Source: Octopus sinensis
Lineage: Eukaryota
DNA length: 64,000 nt
Direction: 5' to 3'
Assembly (NCBI RefSeq): GCF_006345805.1
Contig: NC_043002.1
Location: forward strand, 101,928,001 to 101,992,000
Shown here: piece after piece, positions 1 to 13,062 of the stretch
How positions within the stretch are numbered: the first letter of the stretch is position 1
Layout of the letters: the number at the start of each line of letters is the position of its first letter
Notes under the pieces: generated by a model
Database searches by the model: none
Told to the model about the DNA's origin: nothing
The model's input: only the letters and a program-made list of their open reading frames with translations
Translations under genes and position numbers: made by a program

Positions 1-424
1 CATTAAATATCATTAAAGTCTTCTTCTCTCGAAGCGTGCGTGGTGACGATATTTTGAGAACTGTGCATTGTGGTGAAAGGCTACAATGAAGATGTGGGTT
101 TACTCCAAGTGAATTAGACGTAGCATTCGATATTACGTGGTGATTTAAAATTTAATTAATTATTACATTAATAATGATATTTACGTTAACGCAGTCATGT
201 AATATATAGTTGATGTATAATTTTAAGCAAATTACTAACAACATTTCTCACATGATAAATGAGGTTTGCGGAGGTGTTTAATTGAAATGGGGACTGAAGT
301 CATTAGCGGTGAAATTCCTTGTTGTGAAGAGGGAGGGACAGAAAGAGAGTGAGGGAGAGAGAGAGTGTGGGATGCTTTACAAATTGACGACATCGTTAAG
401 GCTGTAGACAAATCCAAGTGTATA

Positions 425-560
425 TTTTATGTTTAGTTTCTCTCATTGAATTGCGGTCATGCTGGAGTACAGCTTTGAAGAATTTCGTCAAACAAATCGA
501 CTCCATGACTTATCTTTAAGGTTTATATTTATTCTCTCAGATTTCTTTGCTGAAAACACA
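425..560 (-). mobile_element. Degenerate 3' part of the CORE-like tRNA SINE family seen at 29910-30328
   Basis: ttgcggtcatgctggagtacagc...aaatcgactccatgacttat matches the reverse-strand tail of the intact copies, with many substitutions. Confidence 0.5.
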
Positions 561-611
561 TAATATATATATATTATATATATATATATATTATATATAT
601 ATATATATCTT

Positions 612-2030
612 ATGATTATGCTCAAGATGGTTTCGTCAATCACACATGCCATGCTTCCTACATTCACCCATCGTTTTTTTTTTTTTTGAAACATTCACTT
701 CCCTCTCTACTCTTACATTCCTCTTCAGTGATACTTTAAGAAGTTATTGAGAGATTGACCAGAGAGAAGTGTTTGTCTCTAGACCTCTCAGACGCGTCTA
801 CCATACACATCCTTTCGCTATAGCCACAAGTACGACGAAAATGGCTCTTCCTTCACGTTTCAAGGAGGGAGGCGCGACAATATTCACGATAGACTCGGTT
901 GACAAACTGACTCGTCCCACACGCGATAGCAGTCGTTCGACATAGGTCGGAAATGGTGGGACACTGTACGCGTGCGTGCAGGACGCTTTCGTCAGTCTGA
1001 AAGCTTCACGGACAGGTCGGCCCCGTGTTTCTGGATCCATGCCTGTAGAGCTTATCCCGAACGAGTAGCGCTTCTCGATAGCACTGCCAGGCCAGGGATC
1101 TCTGGAAGTTGTCGATAGATCTCGGCCCTAAAGTCGTCTTGAAAAGGCATGTCAGGTATTCCTCGTCGACGCCCAGGTTCGCCCCGAGATCGTCGTCGTA
1201 CCTCCCCTCCAATAATCCCCTATAGAATACTTTAGTTGTGTTGAAGTCGCTCAAGGTCGACCCAGGACGGCATAGTTCCTTCAGAGCAATGCAACACTCT
1301 CGGTGCCATTCGCCCCTCCTCGGCCTCTTTTTGATCCACGACTGCAGTTCGTTCATGGAGACGAGCTGCGAGAAAGCGTGCCTCACAAACGGTAACCACA
1401 CCTGTTCACCGTCGTCTACGTTGCGCCGGAGATGTCGCAGTCTCAGCGCGTCTGCGCATCATCAACCCCGGCATGACCAGCTCTCCTTTTAATAGGTGTT
1501 GGCTGCAGATGGATCGCTTGACCATCGGAACGCATCCTTTCCACAAGAAGCGGGAGAGAATGCGTTCTAGTTTGGTGATGGTTTGGTTCGGACAAGGTAC
1601 GACGATTAGGCGGTAGTAGATGACGGACGCGATGTACGTGTTCGCTACCTCCGCCCACCTTTTAGGAACAGTTCCCTCTAAGCCTGTTGCCGGGCGAGAG
1701 TGACCATCCTACTCGTTATCTCGTTCCTGTTCGTCTCCGTTTGGATGTCGATCGAACCGTCGCTCCAGCGTTCTACGATGGAGGTGCTGGTGGATGGCAT
1801 AGGCTTTCTTCTCCAAGTCCCGAGCCGCAAGTCCACCGACTTTTCACGGTTGATTTTCGCTCCTGTTACCGCTTCTTTGTCTTTCAGTGTCTCGCCGACC
1901 AGCTCGATATGCATCTGCCTAGACTCTATGATGGTGACGTTGTCCGCGTTTGCAGACACGCTCGTCCAGCATCCCAATTCGTGCGGGGTAGCCCTCAGCG
2001 TCGCCAGCTTCCGCAGTAGTGGCTCGAGAG
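612..2030 (-). mobile_element. 5'-truncated, frameshifted Tx1/L1-clade LINE ORF2 (RT domains 5-7, zf-RVT, C-terminus)
   Basis: Minus-strand frames give LEPLLRKL...SVSANADNVTII (decayed YADD), GAKINREKSV, RSLAWQCYREALLVRDKLYRHG...PTCP followed by ESVLHARVQCP (CCHC zf-RVT), and KRWVNV near 650. These are typical Tx1-type segments. Confidence 0.85.
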
Positions 2031-2526
2031 ATAGATAGATAGATAGATGTATATATATTTGCCGGTAGCTTTTTGTTGCTGGCACCAGTAGAAAGGAGTC
2101 AATATTATCGTAAGTTGCAAAATTGCATTTCACCTTCTGATCGATGATTCGTGAGGATTTGATGACTTTCTGTGTCTGCATTCCATTTGTTTGTGCAGTT
2201 ATTATGTTTTCTTAACTTATTAATTAATCGAACGCCGCCTACCCGTAAATCTATATACAGTGTGTATATATATATAATATATATATATATATGATATAAA
2301 TAATGTATATATATATGCGTATATACTTAAGTTTATATGCAAATATTTGTTTCTTTCTTTCTCTCCGTTGTAGCTGGGTCAAGAAAAATAGCTAACAACT
2401 GATGATGGGTCGTTCTTTGTGTTGTTTGTCTTGTTTTCCATTTGTGTTCTTCGTTGTTGGAAAAAAGAGTTCATATTCCATGTACATGTTTCGTTACGTC
2501 CTATGCTAAATATGCATGATATATAT

Positions 2527-2577
<51 letters not shown>

Positions 2578-2725
2578 ATATATATATAATATGTAGGTCC
2601 CGGGTTGAGTCGGGGTTAACCACAGTAAATAAGGTACTCAATACATAGCAGAGTAAACTAATTTATTTTGTAGAAGGAGCTTATACAGATCTAGGACTGT
2701 TTTGTAAAAGGAGCTTCTACAAAAT

Positions 2726-2765
<40 letters not shown>

Positions 2766-2770
2766 TTATA

Positions 2771-4857
2771 CTAGCTTAAGGTGACCCGCTCTACGCGCGG
2801 GTAAGAGTGTGGTTGTTACTTTCTGTTGCTTCCTTTCAGTACGTAAAAAGCACCATCCGAACGTGGCCGATGGCAGCGTTGCCTTGACTGGCTTTTGTGC
2901 CGGTGGCACGTAAAAAGCACCAACCGATCGTGGCCGCTGCCACCCCCCCCCCCTGGCACCTGGGCCGGCGGCACGAAAAAAGCACCCACTACACTCACAG
3001 AGTGGTTGACGTTAGGAAGGGCATCCAGCTGTAGAAACACTGCCAGATCAGACTGGAGCCTGGTGCAGCCTCCTGGCTTCCCAGACCCCGGTCAAACTGT
3101 CCAACCCGTGCTAGCACGGAAAACGGACGTTAAACGATGATGATGATGATGATGATGATTCTCCCTCTTTGTTTTTCTCTCCTTTCTCACTCACTTTCCC
3201 ACTTTCTTACTTTTATTTTCTCTCGGACTCTCCCTCGCTTTCTCTTACTCTCTATCTTTATCTATCTCTCTCCCATTTATAAACACCAAAAGATCTTGAG
3301 TAAGTTTAGAAATAAAATATTTTGAAAGATCAATCATAAATATCAGGCAGTGACAACGGAAAGGTCTGCTTCAAGGCAGACAGCAAAACAGTAACATTTA
3401 AAAGGGACAGACGAATTTGCGAGGTGAATAAAACATGATAAAATATTGGAAACCAAAGTTTGAAGGGATAGAATCTGAGGATAGTAGTGTCACCATGGCT
3501 GGCATTTCTTAACGACGGACAGCAACGTATTGACAGTTTAACGGCTGGCGTAAAATTTTGAACTTGATGTAAAAGAAAATTGGTAAACACCAATTTTTGA
3601 AGTGATTCTTTCTCACGACAGTAGACTCACCATCGCAAGCATTCAAAACTTCTTCATCATGGACGGCAACACATTGACGATTAAAAGGCTGGCGCAAATT
3701 TTTTAGCTTGATGTAACAAAGAATTCCTAAACACCCGGTCCTGTAAATTTTAATCCCCTTCCAGCCTCATTTAGACCCCTTTTCACATTTTGGTTAATAT
3801 AACCCGATTTCATTCGGGTCTACTGGGGCCACATTTATATAAATGAGGAATTTTGTCCTAGAGGTCACGCCTTTCATTTGAGGAAAAAATAGTGTCATGC
3901 AAACTCGCCAGCACTTTTAACATAGGTGTGCATATTTTCAGCTCAACCGACCACATAATGCACACACTATATATATATTTATATATATATATATATATAT
4001 ATATGTTATATATATATATGTGTGGTGTGTTGTGTGTGTGTGTGCGTATGCGTGTGTGTACTTATTATATATACAAATGAATACAAATTATATATATATA
4101 TAAAGTTTGTTTATATACACTTTGTATATATATACATTATATATACAATATTATATAGAGACACACACACATATAAATTGACCCAATAAATATCTAATTC
4201 ATAATATTTGCTCTCATGATTGTGTGGTGGATGTGGCGATGATAATTCTCTCTATGAATGCAGACAGACGTAAGGAGAGAGAGAGAGAGAGTGAGTGACA
4301 GCGCTGGTGAAGGCGGCGGGGGAAAGATATTAGACTTTCCCTCGCTTCCTCTTACTCTCTATCTTTCTCTATCTATCTATCTCCCATTTATAAACAGCAA
4401 AAGATCGTGAGTAAGTTGAGAAAGAAAATATTTTTACGCTTTTTAAACCCTTCGTCGTTATTCTCATTCACTCATTATTACTTTCTCCCTTCCTTTCACT
4501 TTCTCTCTACAACGTTATAGAGAGAATGTGAAAGGAAGGGAGGTAGACGCTGTGAAACGACGTTATAGATAGAATGTGATGGGAAGGGAGGAAAGAGAGT
4601 GAGTGATGGAGGAAGACAAATATATAAAAGAATGAGAGAAGACTTGTCAAAGTGCGTTTTTGGCCCTAGCAACGACACACTTTAAGATGGGAATTTCTAA
4701 CCTAGCCCACTCTAATCCTCACCTCATTTTACATGTCCCTGTAAATTCTGGCGTCAATCCGACGGGATCTAGTGGCCTTTAAACCGTTCTCAATGCCAAA
4801 ACCAGACAAAAAAACTAACAAACAAACTTTTCGCATTTCAGAATTATAATATAGAGA
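2771..4857 (-). mobile_element. Non-autonomous Helitron with both termini
   Basis: On the minus strand it starts A|TCTCTATATTATAA at 4857. It ends with hairpin ACCCGC-gcgtaga-GCGGGT, 9 nt, then CTAG|T at 2771, i.e. inserted between A and T. No Rep/helicase ORF is present. Confidence 0.75.
2838..3159 (+). mobile_element. 5'-truncated SINE with Meta-like core and (TGA)n tail, nested in the Helitron
   Basis: Contains gttaggaagggcatccagctgtagaaac and three internal (gg)cacgtaaaaagcacc-type repeats at 2841, 2905 and 2970, and ends aaacggacgttaaac(gat)n. The Meta-domain assignment is from memory of the family consensus. Confidence 0.7.
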
Positions 4858-4908
4858 TATGTACACACACACACCACAACACACACACACATATATATAT
4901 ATATATAC

Positions 4909-4942
<34 letters not shown>

Positions 4943-4945
<3 letters not shown>

Positions 4946-5069
4946 GTCAGCGTGAGTAAATAAAAATTTTTTGCGTAATGAGATAAAAAACAAAGGCTGT
5001 ATATATACAGCCTTAGGTTTTTTTTTTATCTCATTACGCCAAAAATTCTTATTTACTCACGCTGACATA
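4943..5069. repeat. Imperfect fold-back palindrome centred on (TA)n
   Basis: tatgtcagcgtgagtaaataa...aaggctgtata is mirrored by tatacagcctt...ttatttactcacgctgacata. Confidence 0.88.
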
Positions 5070-5322
5070 GAGCCACCGTTGAACCCTTTATTCGCAATAT
5101 TACCGAATCTGGAACCTAACTATGGTCCGTCTATAGCACTTATTCAGCATTACTTGACACCTTTGGGTCTCATTGACAGTATTATCTTTTATATGTATAT
5201 GTGTGAGGATGATCCGGTTCTTGACTGAAGATTGAAGGCTTCGAATATTCCGTCCGTGTTTTTTGTATCGTCTTCTAAATGTTTTGCGTTCTTGTCCCAG
5301 TTTGTGTTTTACATATACATAC

Positions 5323-5404
<82 letters not shown>

Positions 5405-7774
5405 ATTAATCGTAGACTGATTTCGTTACTTTTTCTTCGTTTTGCCTATGTGAGTTACAAGTATTGCTATCTGTGGAGCTATATTTGTAGTTAAAATATT
5501 AGCTGTTTTTGACTGCTATTTCTAAATCTTCGGTATGTGGTGAAGCAACTTGTTGCTAAATCCTTAATTATATATATATATATGTGGGAGGGGTGTATGT
5601 GTATATATATACCCAGTCACGGTAAGATTTAACAGCCAGCATATAGACACATCCATATTGTATATCTTATGAATTCAGTGATATTAAAATCATACATCAC
5701 TATGGAAGGAAATTAATTCCAAATCTACCTGACGCTTTCTTGATCCACGAAAAATTGCAGCCATTTGTACCTCAAAACTCATCAACTGATGAACACTTTA
5801 CCATTCAAACCTGGCGAAAATATTCTACCTGTTTTATGTTCTGTGGAACTAAACACGAAATAATGCGGTTGCAAAGCGAGTTTTTTTAATCACACTGCTA
5901 ACTAGTAACAACCTGGTTTATGCAGAGAGCAACAGAAGCAATTAGTGAAAATGAATTCTCTCTTAGTCAGCTTGTCATTGAATTGATTATATCTCATTCT
6001 GTTTTTATTGTACGATATTGCCGAAATTACACTGAAACCCAATAATATGGAATGAGCTTTCATACTAATGTTTATTCTCGATGTGTACATATAGCTTTAA
6101 CACCTGAAGGGTTTTACCTGCAGTCCAAAGTTACCTCTAGTTGTAATTTATACATATATTTTTTTTACGAATATCCTACTACTGTACACAACTGTTTATC
6201 CTGCATAGTCGTGTATACTCTACATACTTTTCTTTGCATATAACTCCACAAATTTATATTTGGATGTGCCTTAACACCGACATTCAGAGCAGGAAAGAAG
6301 GATCGAAGTGAATAAGAATTGGATTCAGGTAATACACTGGCGGAGCTGGTGTAGGTTTGATAGAACAAAATATTAAAATGCAAATCAATCTATGACATAT
6401 TATATAGTATACAGAAAAGAAAGCAGAGATATAAATGTATATTTAAAAATAGAACGGGAAACGAGCCAAAACCCAGAGAGGATAAATTCATAGTGATTCA
6501 GTGTAGACGGCTGCATTCCAGGATGATGTTAAAAAGAATTCTAGGTTTTCTTCTTGTTAATTTAAATATAGGTGGGTAAGTTTCATTGGGTCATTAGTAA
6601 AACATTCGCAAGTCATGGGAGCAATTATGAATCGTTAATAATTGTTGCTGGTCATCATATTCGGCCGTTACAAATGAAGTATTTGCTTATATTCTCCTAT
6701 CCACAGTTTGAACTTAGGCCACTGTTTGCCTGAAGAATCGAATCTTACTAACTCCCTCATCGATTTTTATCTCCTCAATCCTTCACAAGCTTCACATTCA
6801 CTCGTGGCACATCTCTCTGAATTTGGCCTCCCACTCCATATATCACTCTATCCTTCATTTCATTTCCTTCTCGTGCATTTGCCCATATCCTAACTAACAA
6901 CACCATGTTTTCTCTCTTACCCTCTCTCTTCCTCCCCCAAGCAAAATAAATAAGAACTAGCAATGTTATACTCATCGCTCATTATGACCATAGAACTATT
7001 CTACTAAGATTTTTGTAGACAAACTCTTCCTTATTTTGATGTAAAACATTCACTTCAAATTCTGGATTTTCCCATGTTTGCATCTGTGTATCGTTTTTTC
7101 ATATGGGTATTTAGAACGCAACTAAATCTGTGTTTATTGTAATGGTGAAATATTATTAAAAATTGCAGAAACCGCGGTCATTTAAAGGCGTATCCACTGC
7201 TGAATTTTTTGTAATTCAACTGCCGAATTTCCAGGAAGACTACGTGATATTATAACTTTCAATATTTTGATCTTTCAAGTATTATATATCGCTTGATAAT
7301 GTGATGGTGTTACATTTCTCTGCATGTGTAAAGGTGGAATTATACTTTAAGTATACTTACTCTTCAATCACACTGTGGAAGGGATTTTAAAATTCTGTCT
7401 CTCCGTGGACTGTTATTTTATATCGATAGCTTAACGATTAGATCTTGCATAGTGTCAATATCAATATATGTATAACTATGTTAATGTTAACAGAGGTAGC
7501 AAAAAGTGTGAACGTAAAAGCTCTTGGCCAATATCACTCAGCGAACCATTATCCGTTTACCCAAGATGAAGAGAAAATCAAGAAAAAGTCGGGCTGCGTT
7601 TGTAAAACCGGCTGAGTGTTTTTTCGCTGACGATTTTCTATGAACGGAGATGACAATATGTATGTTTGGGTGACGAAGTGCTACGATCTGCAGTTCTGTT
7701 TATCTTTAATTAAGTAGGATTCAATTGGTGGTATTGAGCTTTTTATTACTCTGCTCCTGTAATAATTGCGAACT

Positions 7775-7814
<40 letters not shown>

Positions 7815-7857
7815 ATACATATATACATATGTATGTGTGTATACGAGTCCGGTTCTG

Positions 7858-7895
<38 letters not shown>

Positions 7896-7929
7896 CAGAT
7901 TGCTAGACATATGTGCATATGTGCATTTG

Positions 7930-7990
<61 letters not shown>

Positions 7991-7994
<4 letters not shown>

Positions 7995-8220
7995 CTTTAC
8001 TACCCACAAATGGCCAAACACAGAGGGGACAAACAAGGACAGACAAACGGTTTATGTCGATTACATCGACCCCAGTGCGTAACTGGTACTTAATTTATCG
8101 ACCCCGAAAGGATGAAAGGCAAAGTCGACCTCGGCGGAATTTGAACTCAGAACGTAACGGCAGACGAAATACGGCTACGCATTTCGCCCGGAGTGCTAAC
8201 GTTTCTGCCAGCTCACCGCC
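7991..8220 (-). mobile_element. tRNA-derived SINE with Deu/Nin-like core, full length
   Basis: Reverse complement reads GGCGGTGAGCTGGCAGAAACGTTAGCA...GAGTTCAAATTCCGCCGAGGTCGACTTTGCCTTTCATCCTTTCGGGGTCGATAAA...AAAGAAA, with A and B boxes. Confidence 0.85.
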
Positions 8221-8951
8221 TATATATATATATATATATGTATATCTACAGACGCAACCATATATATATACACACACACTTATGAAATGTCTATATTATT
8301 TACAGGAATATCAGTTAATCATGCTCAAAATAATTTATTTAGAAATCTATTTTCTCTCATCCTCGCCCTTATAGCGGATGTATTCTCTTTTATATGCCGC
8401 AGCCAGCTGTCTAGCAACACAAGGGAAGACGACTCTGAAGATATTGTTTGATATGAAATTGAAATCAATGAAATCGATTTCTATTTCCGGAACCCCGTTT
8501 TACTACATTCACAAAAGGTGCATGCATTTACTAAGGACGTTCATAAGAGCGAAATATAGGTCAACATATGCCAATTTCCGTTTATGTTTGAATAATATAT
8601 CGTATCGTTGTATCTTCAGTGAAATAGCATCGTTCTTCTATGTTCTGATACAAAATCGTATTAATCGTACATATAACTATATCACTATGTTCCAATGACT
8701 ACAAATAACGGCTTAACTTCACTAGACCCTTTCATAAATGGTGTACACATAACGCTTATTAATAACTGAATGATATATATCTCAATGCAGCTGAAAGACA
8801 AGATTCAATAGTTTGAGATGGCTGAATAAATAAAAAGATTAGTAACCTGAGTTTACACAAATGTTTCCTGGTTCGATTACAGTCAGGGACAATCTACGGA
8901 TTCATAAATAACACATTTGGATAGTTGTAAGTGTTAATATGCTACATGTCA

Positions 8952-9162
8952 GAAGCAGCGAGCTGACAGAAGTGTTAGCGCAAACGCTTGGCAAAATGCT
9001 TTGTTGCTTTGGATTGGTCTTTATATTTTGAGTTCAGATTCCACCGAGGTGAACTTTGCGTTTCATCTTTACGAAGTCGATAAGTACCAGTTGAACACTG
9101 GGGTCAATATAATCGACTCATCCCCATCTCCGAAATTGCAGACCTTGTGCCAAAATTTGAAA
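8952..9162 (+). mobile_element. Degenerate Deu/Nin-like SINE with an alternative 3' tail
   Basis: gcagcgagctgacagaagtgttagc...gagttcagattccaccgaggtgaactttgcgtttcatc...ttgtgccaaaatttgaaat. Confidence 0.6.
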
Positions 9163-10380
9163 TTTTGATAGGGTACATATCACACGTGGAGCTGTTTCGC
9201 TGAAAACGAAATTCGTTTTATAGCCACGCAGTTTTTAGTATAATCCCACCGTGTGAAGCATTGGCCTAATGGCTTATGCTTAAGCTTCAATTTACTGATA
9301 CATTTCGAATGAAACCCGGCAGTAACAAAATCTGTATTGAAGAATACCCCACCCTCATATGTACGTACTTGCTTACGTGTATGTGTGTGTGTTCGTTATG
9401 TAAGATTTGTAAAATATATAAGAATATATTTTATGTAAAATAAACGTTATCTGATACCCAATAAGTTGTATAGAGTGTATATAGATGTTCTTAATATATA
9501 AAGAGCTGGCATTGTCTTCTGATTTTCGTCTTAGATTGGACTATTCCGAATTGTTGCGAACAGGCAACGCTGGTGTACTAAGTACGTTGCTAGCACACTA
9601 ACGCACACGTGTGTGTTTATGTTTGAACGTATGTGCTAACGTGTTTGTGCTTATTTGTGCAACATATGTATCACGACGTTTTTCGTGACACATTATTATA
9701 GGAAAAACAAAAACATCTTTGCATTAGCGATTAGATTAATAATTTCAAGACCGAAATAAATACGGGAACCGGTCTGACCGACTTCGTCTGTTCCCGTAGC
9801 GCCACAGACAAGCAAATTCTAGTAATCAAAGACAGTAAAATAATACACACACACACACAAATAGAAACAGGAACAAGGAAAAAACTCTTCCAGTACATCA
9901 CCTCCACATTTATTCGACATGATCAACCGTTGCTAGCCTAACTGCTTTTCCCATGATAAGGAATGCTATATGCGCAAGTTCCTATGCATTCAAATTAATC
10001 ACCAGCATTCTAATGGCTCTCACTACAATTTCGAGCATCGCAACTTCAGCAACTAATACGGCCATCCCGCTGCCTCCAACGACACCGAAAGCCATTTTCA
10101 TTGCTAAGCTGTCCTGCAAAAGATGGTTTCTATATCAAGACTGGGTTTATCATTGATACGTTGGGTTAAGGTAAACGTAGATCTTTGGTTTAAGAGTTAG
10201 TTCTGCTGGTGTGAATTATCCGGATAAGGCTTTCTGTTGTTGTAGTAGTAGTAGTAGTAGTAGTGATATTCAATATTACTATATTCAAAATACTGACCAA
10301 CATTAGTATATTCAATATTACTATATTCAACAATATTCAAAATACTGACCAACAGTATTAACAATGCAAAAGTGACCGTT

Positions 10381-10615
10381 CTTATTTCTTTACTACCCAC
10401 AAGGGGCTAAACATAGAGTGGACAAACTAGGACAGACAAACGGATTAAGTCGATTATATCGACCCCAGTGCGTAACTGGTACTTAATTTATCGACCCCCA
10501 AAAGAATGAAAAGCAAAGTCGACCTCGGCAGAATTTGAACTCAGAACATAAAGACAGGCGAAATACTGCTAAGCATTTCCCCCCGGCGCGCTAACGTTTC
10601 TGCCAGCTCGCCATC
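10381..10615 (-). mobile_element. Deu/Nin-like tRNA SINE
   Basis: Same family as 7991-8220, near full length. Confidence 0.85.
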
Positions 10616-10904
10616 AACAGTGACCATTCTGCTACCACGGAAGCTGCCTTACCCCCCATATTTGCTGCCTCTGCGAATACAGAACCTGAAACCGACTGAC
10701 AGCAACATTTACCAATTGTTCGACTTTGTTTCACAACCTTCACCAGCAATTGAACTCGGCTAACTCCACCACCACCACCACCACCACTGATGCTGTCATA
10801 CCACCTGCTATTAATGCTGTTGTCACCACCACCACCGCCATCGCCGCCGCCGCTGCTACTGGTGCTGCGCTCATGGCGGAGATGTAGCCCTACCTCTCAT
10901 CACC

Positions 10905-11570
10905 TTTTAGTGTTTTTGTTTTTCCCTTTTATTACGGAAACCCACGTTTTACGGTTATGGAGATTCCATTTCTGAAAAAAATTTGGCAAAAATTGCAATT
11001 TCAAAATCTCAATTCCCCGCCGCTTCTTTATTTTTCCATTTTTTCAGAAATTTCTTTGGCGAAATACGTAGAAAAATACGGGGATTATGATTCGCAAAAA
11101 AAAAAAAAAAAAAAAGAAATGTTTGTAAAATTTCAAAGACTACCGCAACCCCGTACCCTCCCCTCCCGATTTTTCGGCCTTCAAGCAGGGTATGCACATG
11201 CTAGAAATAACAGACAAATCTCACAGGAATTTGTTGGGCGAAAAAAAAACTTCGATAAAATAATGAAAGAAATCTACTCACCTTTCTGCAAAGATTTCTT
11301 TCAGAGAAATTTCCCGAAGTAAAATGAGGAATAATACGACAAAGTGAAATTAAAGTGTTCATTGATTTCTTTTTTTTCCTTTTTTTACAATTGGAAGTGT
11401 TTTTTTTTTCTTTTTGCTACAAAATGAAACTTGAAAGTTACAAAAAAATATGAGTGCAGAAATTTTGAAATTGCGATTTTTGCCTCTTCTTTTTTTTTTT
11501 TTTCGAAATCAGAATCTCCATAGCTGAAAACGTGGTTTTCCGTAAAAAAGAAAAAAAAAATGGAGGTATA
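10905..11570. mobile_element. MITE-like element with imperfect inverted arms
   Basis: 10925-11010 (ttacggaaacccacgttttacggttatggagattc...ggcaaaaattgcaatttcaaaat) is mirrored at about 11460-11555. No target-site duplication (TSD) was found. Confidence 0.5.
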
Positions 11571-11640
11571 CGTTACCGCCAGGTGCACAACCACCACCAG
11601 CAACAACATCACTACTACTACTACTACTACCACAACCACC

Positions 11641-11674
<34 letters not shown>

Positions 11675-11675
11675 A

Positions 11676-11714
<39 letters not shown>

Positions 11715-11757
11715 GCTACTACCACCACCACCACCACCACCACCACCACCACCACCA

Positions 11758-11788
<31 letters not shown>

Positions 11789-12261
11789 AGAAAGCCTTAT
11801 CCGGATAATTCACACCAGCAGAACTCTAACTCTTAAACCGAAGATCTACGTTTACCTTAACCCAACGTCTCAATGATAAACCCAGTCTTGATATAGAAAC
11901 CATCTTTTGCAGGACAGCTTAGCAATGAAAATGGCTTTCGGCCCGGAAGATCGTCAACATTAGCGATGTCATCACCTCTTTTCACTTCCGTTTCTCCTCC
12001 TGCTTTTTCTTCGTCTTAACGCCCTCTTCCCCTCCCCTTCCACTTCTTGGTTTCCCTTTTACCACGTTGACAACCCACATCATCCTACCCCCCCCCCCCG
12101 CACACACAAACCCTGACTTAACACTAAACTACCGAGACTTAATCGGTTCGTATTCTGTACAGTTGCACCATTCAGTTCTATATTTAACACATGAGCAATT
12201 TTGATACATTATTTACATTATTTACATTTGATAGGTACTTGTCCTCATCTTGTTTGTTGTT

Positions 12262-12307
12262 GACACAACGTTTCGGCTGATATACCCTCCAGCCTTCATC
12301 AGATGTC
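12262..12307 (-). ncRNA. Minimal type I hammerhead ribozyme (Penelope-type)
   Basis: Minus strand: GACAU-CUGAUGA-A-GGCUG(gaggguauau)CAGCC-GAAAC-GUU^GUGUC. Stem I 5 bp, stem II 5 bp, palindromic AACGUU in place of stem III. Confidence 0.8.
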
Positions 12308-12427
12308 TTTGGAAAATTTCGAAGCTGGGTTCTCATTCCTAAGGTATTTTTCGATGTTAAAAGTGAGAACTCAGGTTCGAAACTTCCCCAAGACACCTGA
12401 TGAAGGCGGGAGGGTATATCAGCGGAA
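12270..12427. repeat. Fold-back carrying a hammerhead on each arm (the + copy is decayed)
   Basis: gacacctgatgaaggcgggagggtatatcagcgg at 12392-12425 is the inverse of 12270-12307. The inner segments ggaaaatttcgaagctgggttctca and tgagaactcaggttcgaaacttcc are also inverted. Confidence 0.75.
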
Positions 12428-12519
12428 TTACAACATTATTTTGTTTCCTTTTCCCCTTTTCTTTTGTATTTTGCTATGTATCTTCTCGCACTGCTTCGGT
12501 CTTACAAAACACGTCTGTT

Positions 12520-13062
12520 TAATACACACACACACATACATACATATATATATATATACATACATATATATATATAAATATACATACATACATATATATA
12601 TATACACATACATATATATATAGATATATATGTATACATACATATAATATATACATATACATATACATACATATATATATATATATATATATCTACACAC
12701 ACATATATGTATATACATATATATATCCACACACATATATATATACATATATATATATACATATATATATATCACATACATATATAAGATATATTATATA
12801 CATTCATATATATATATACATACATACATATATATTATACACATATATATTATATATACATATATATACATACAAATATATATATACATACATATATATA
12901 TACACATATATATATACATACATATATATACATACAAATATATATATACACATACATATATATATATATATATATACTTATATATACATTATATGCATAT
13001 ATTGCTATATATAATAACATACATACAGATATATATATATATATATAAATATATATATATAT
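12520..13062. repeat. Compound (TA)n/(TACA)n microsatellite
   Basis: Direct inspection. Confidence 0.95.

Larger units (their letters stand above)
10085..11941. repeat. Inverted repeat pair of about 152 bp (10085-10236 and 11788-11941), each followed inward by (TAG)n/(CTA)n
   Basis: ccgaaagccattttcattgctaagc...ggataaggctttctg occurs on + at left and on - at right. I see two substitutions and one 2-bp indel. Confidence 0.9.

Noticed and set aside
5700-5890. Open frame of about 60 codons, and CTGATGA...GGCGAAA at 5786-5820
   Set aside because: No recognisable protein or splice sites. Stem II (ACAC vs UGGC) and stem I do not pair.
11385-11813. Poly-S/G/V and poly-T/L/P ORFs
   Set aside because: Translations of (CTA)n and (CCA)n microsatellites.
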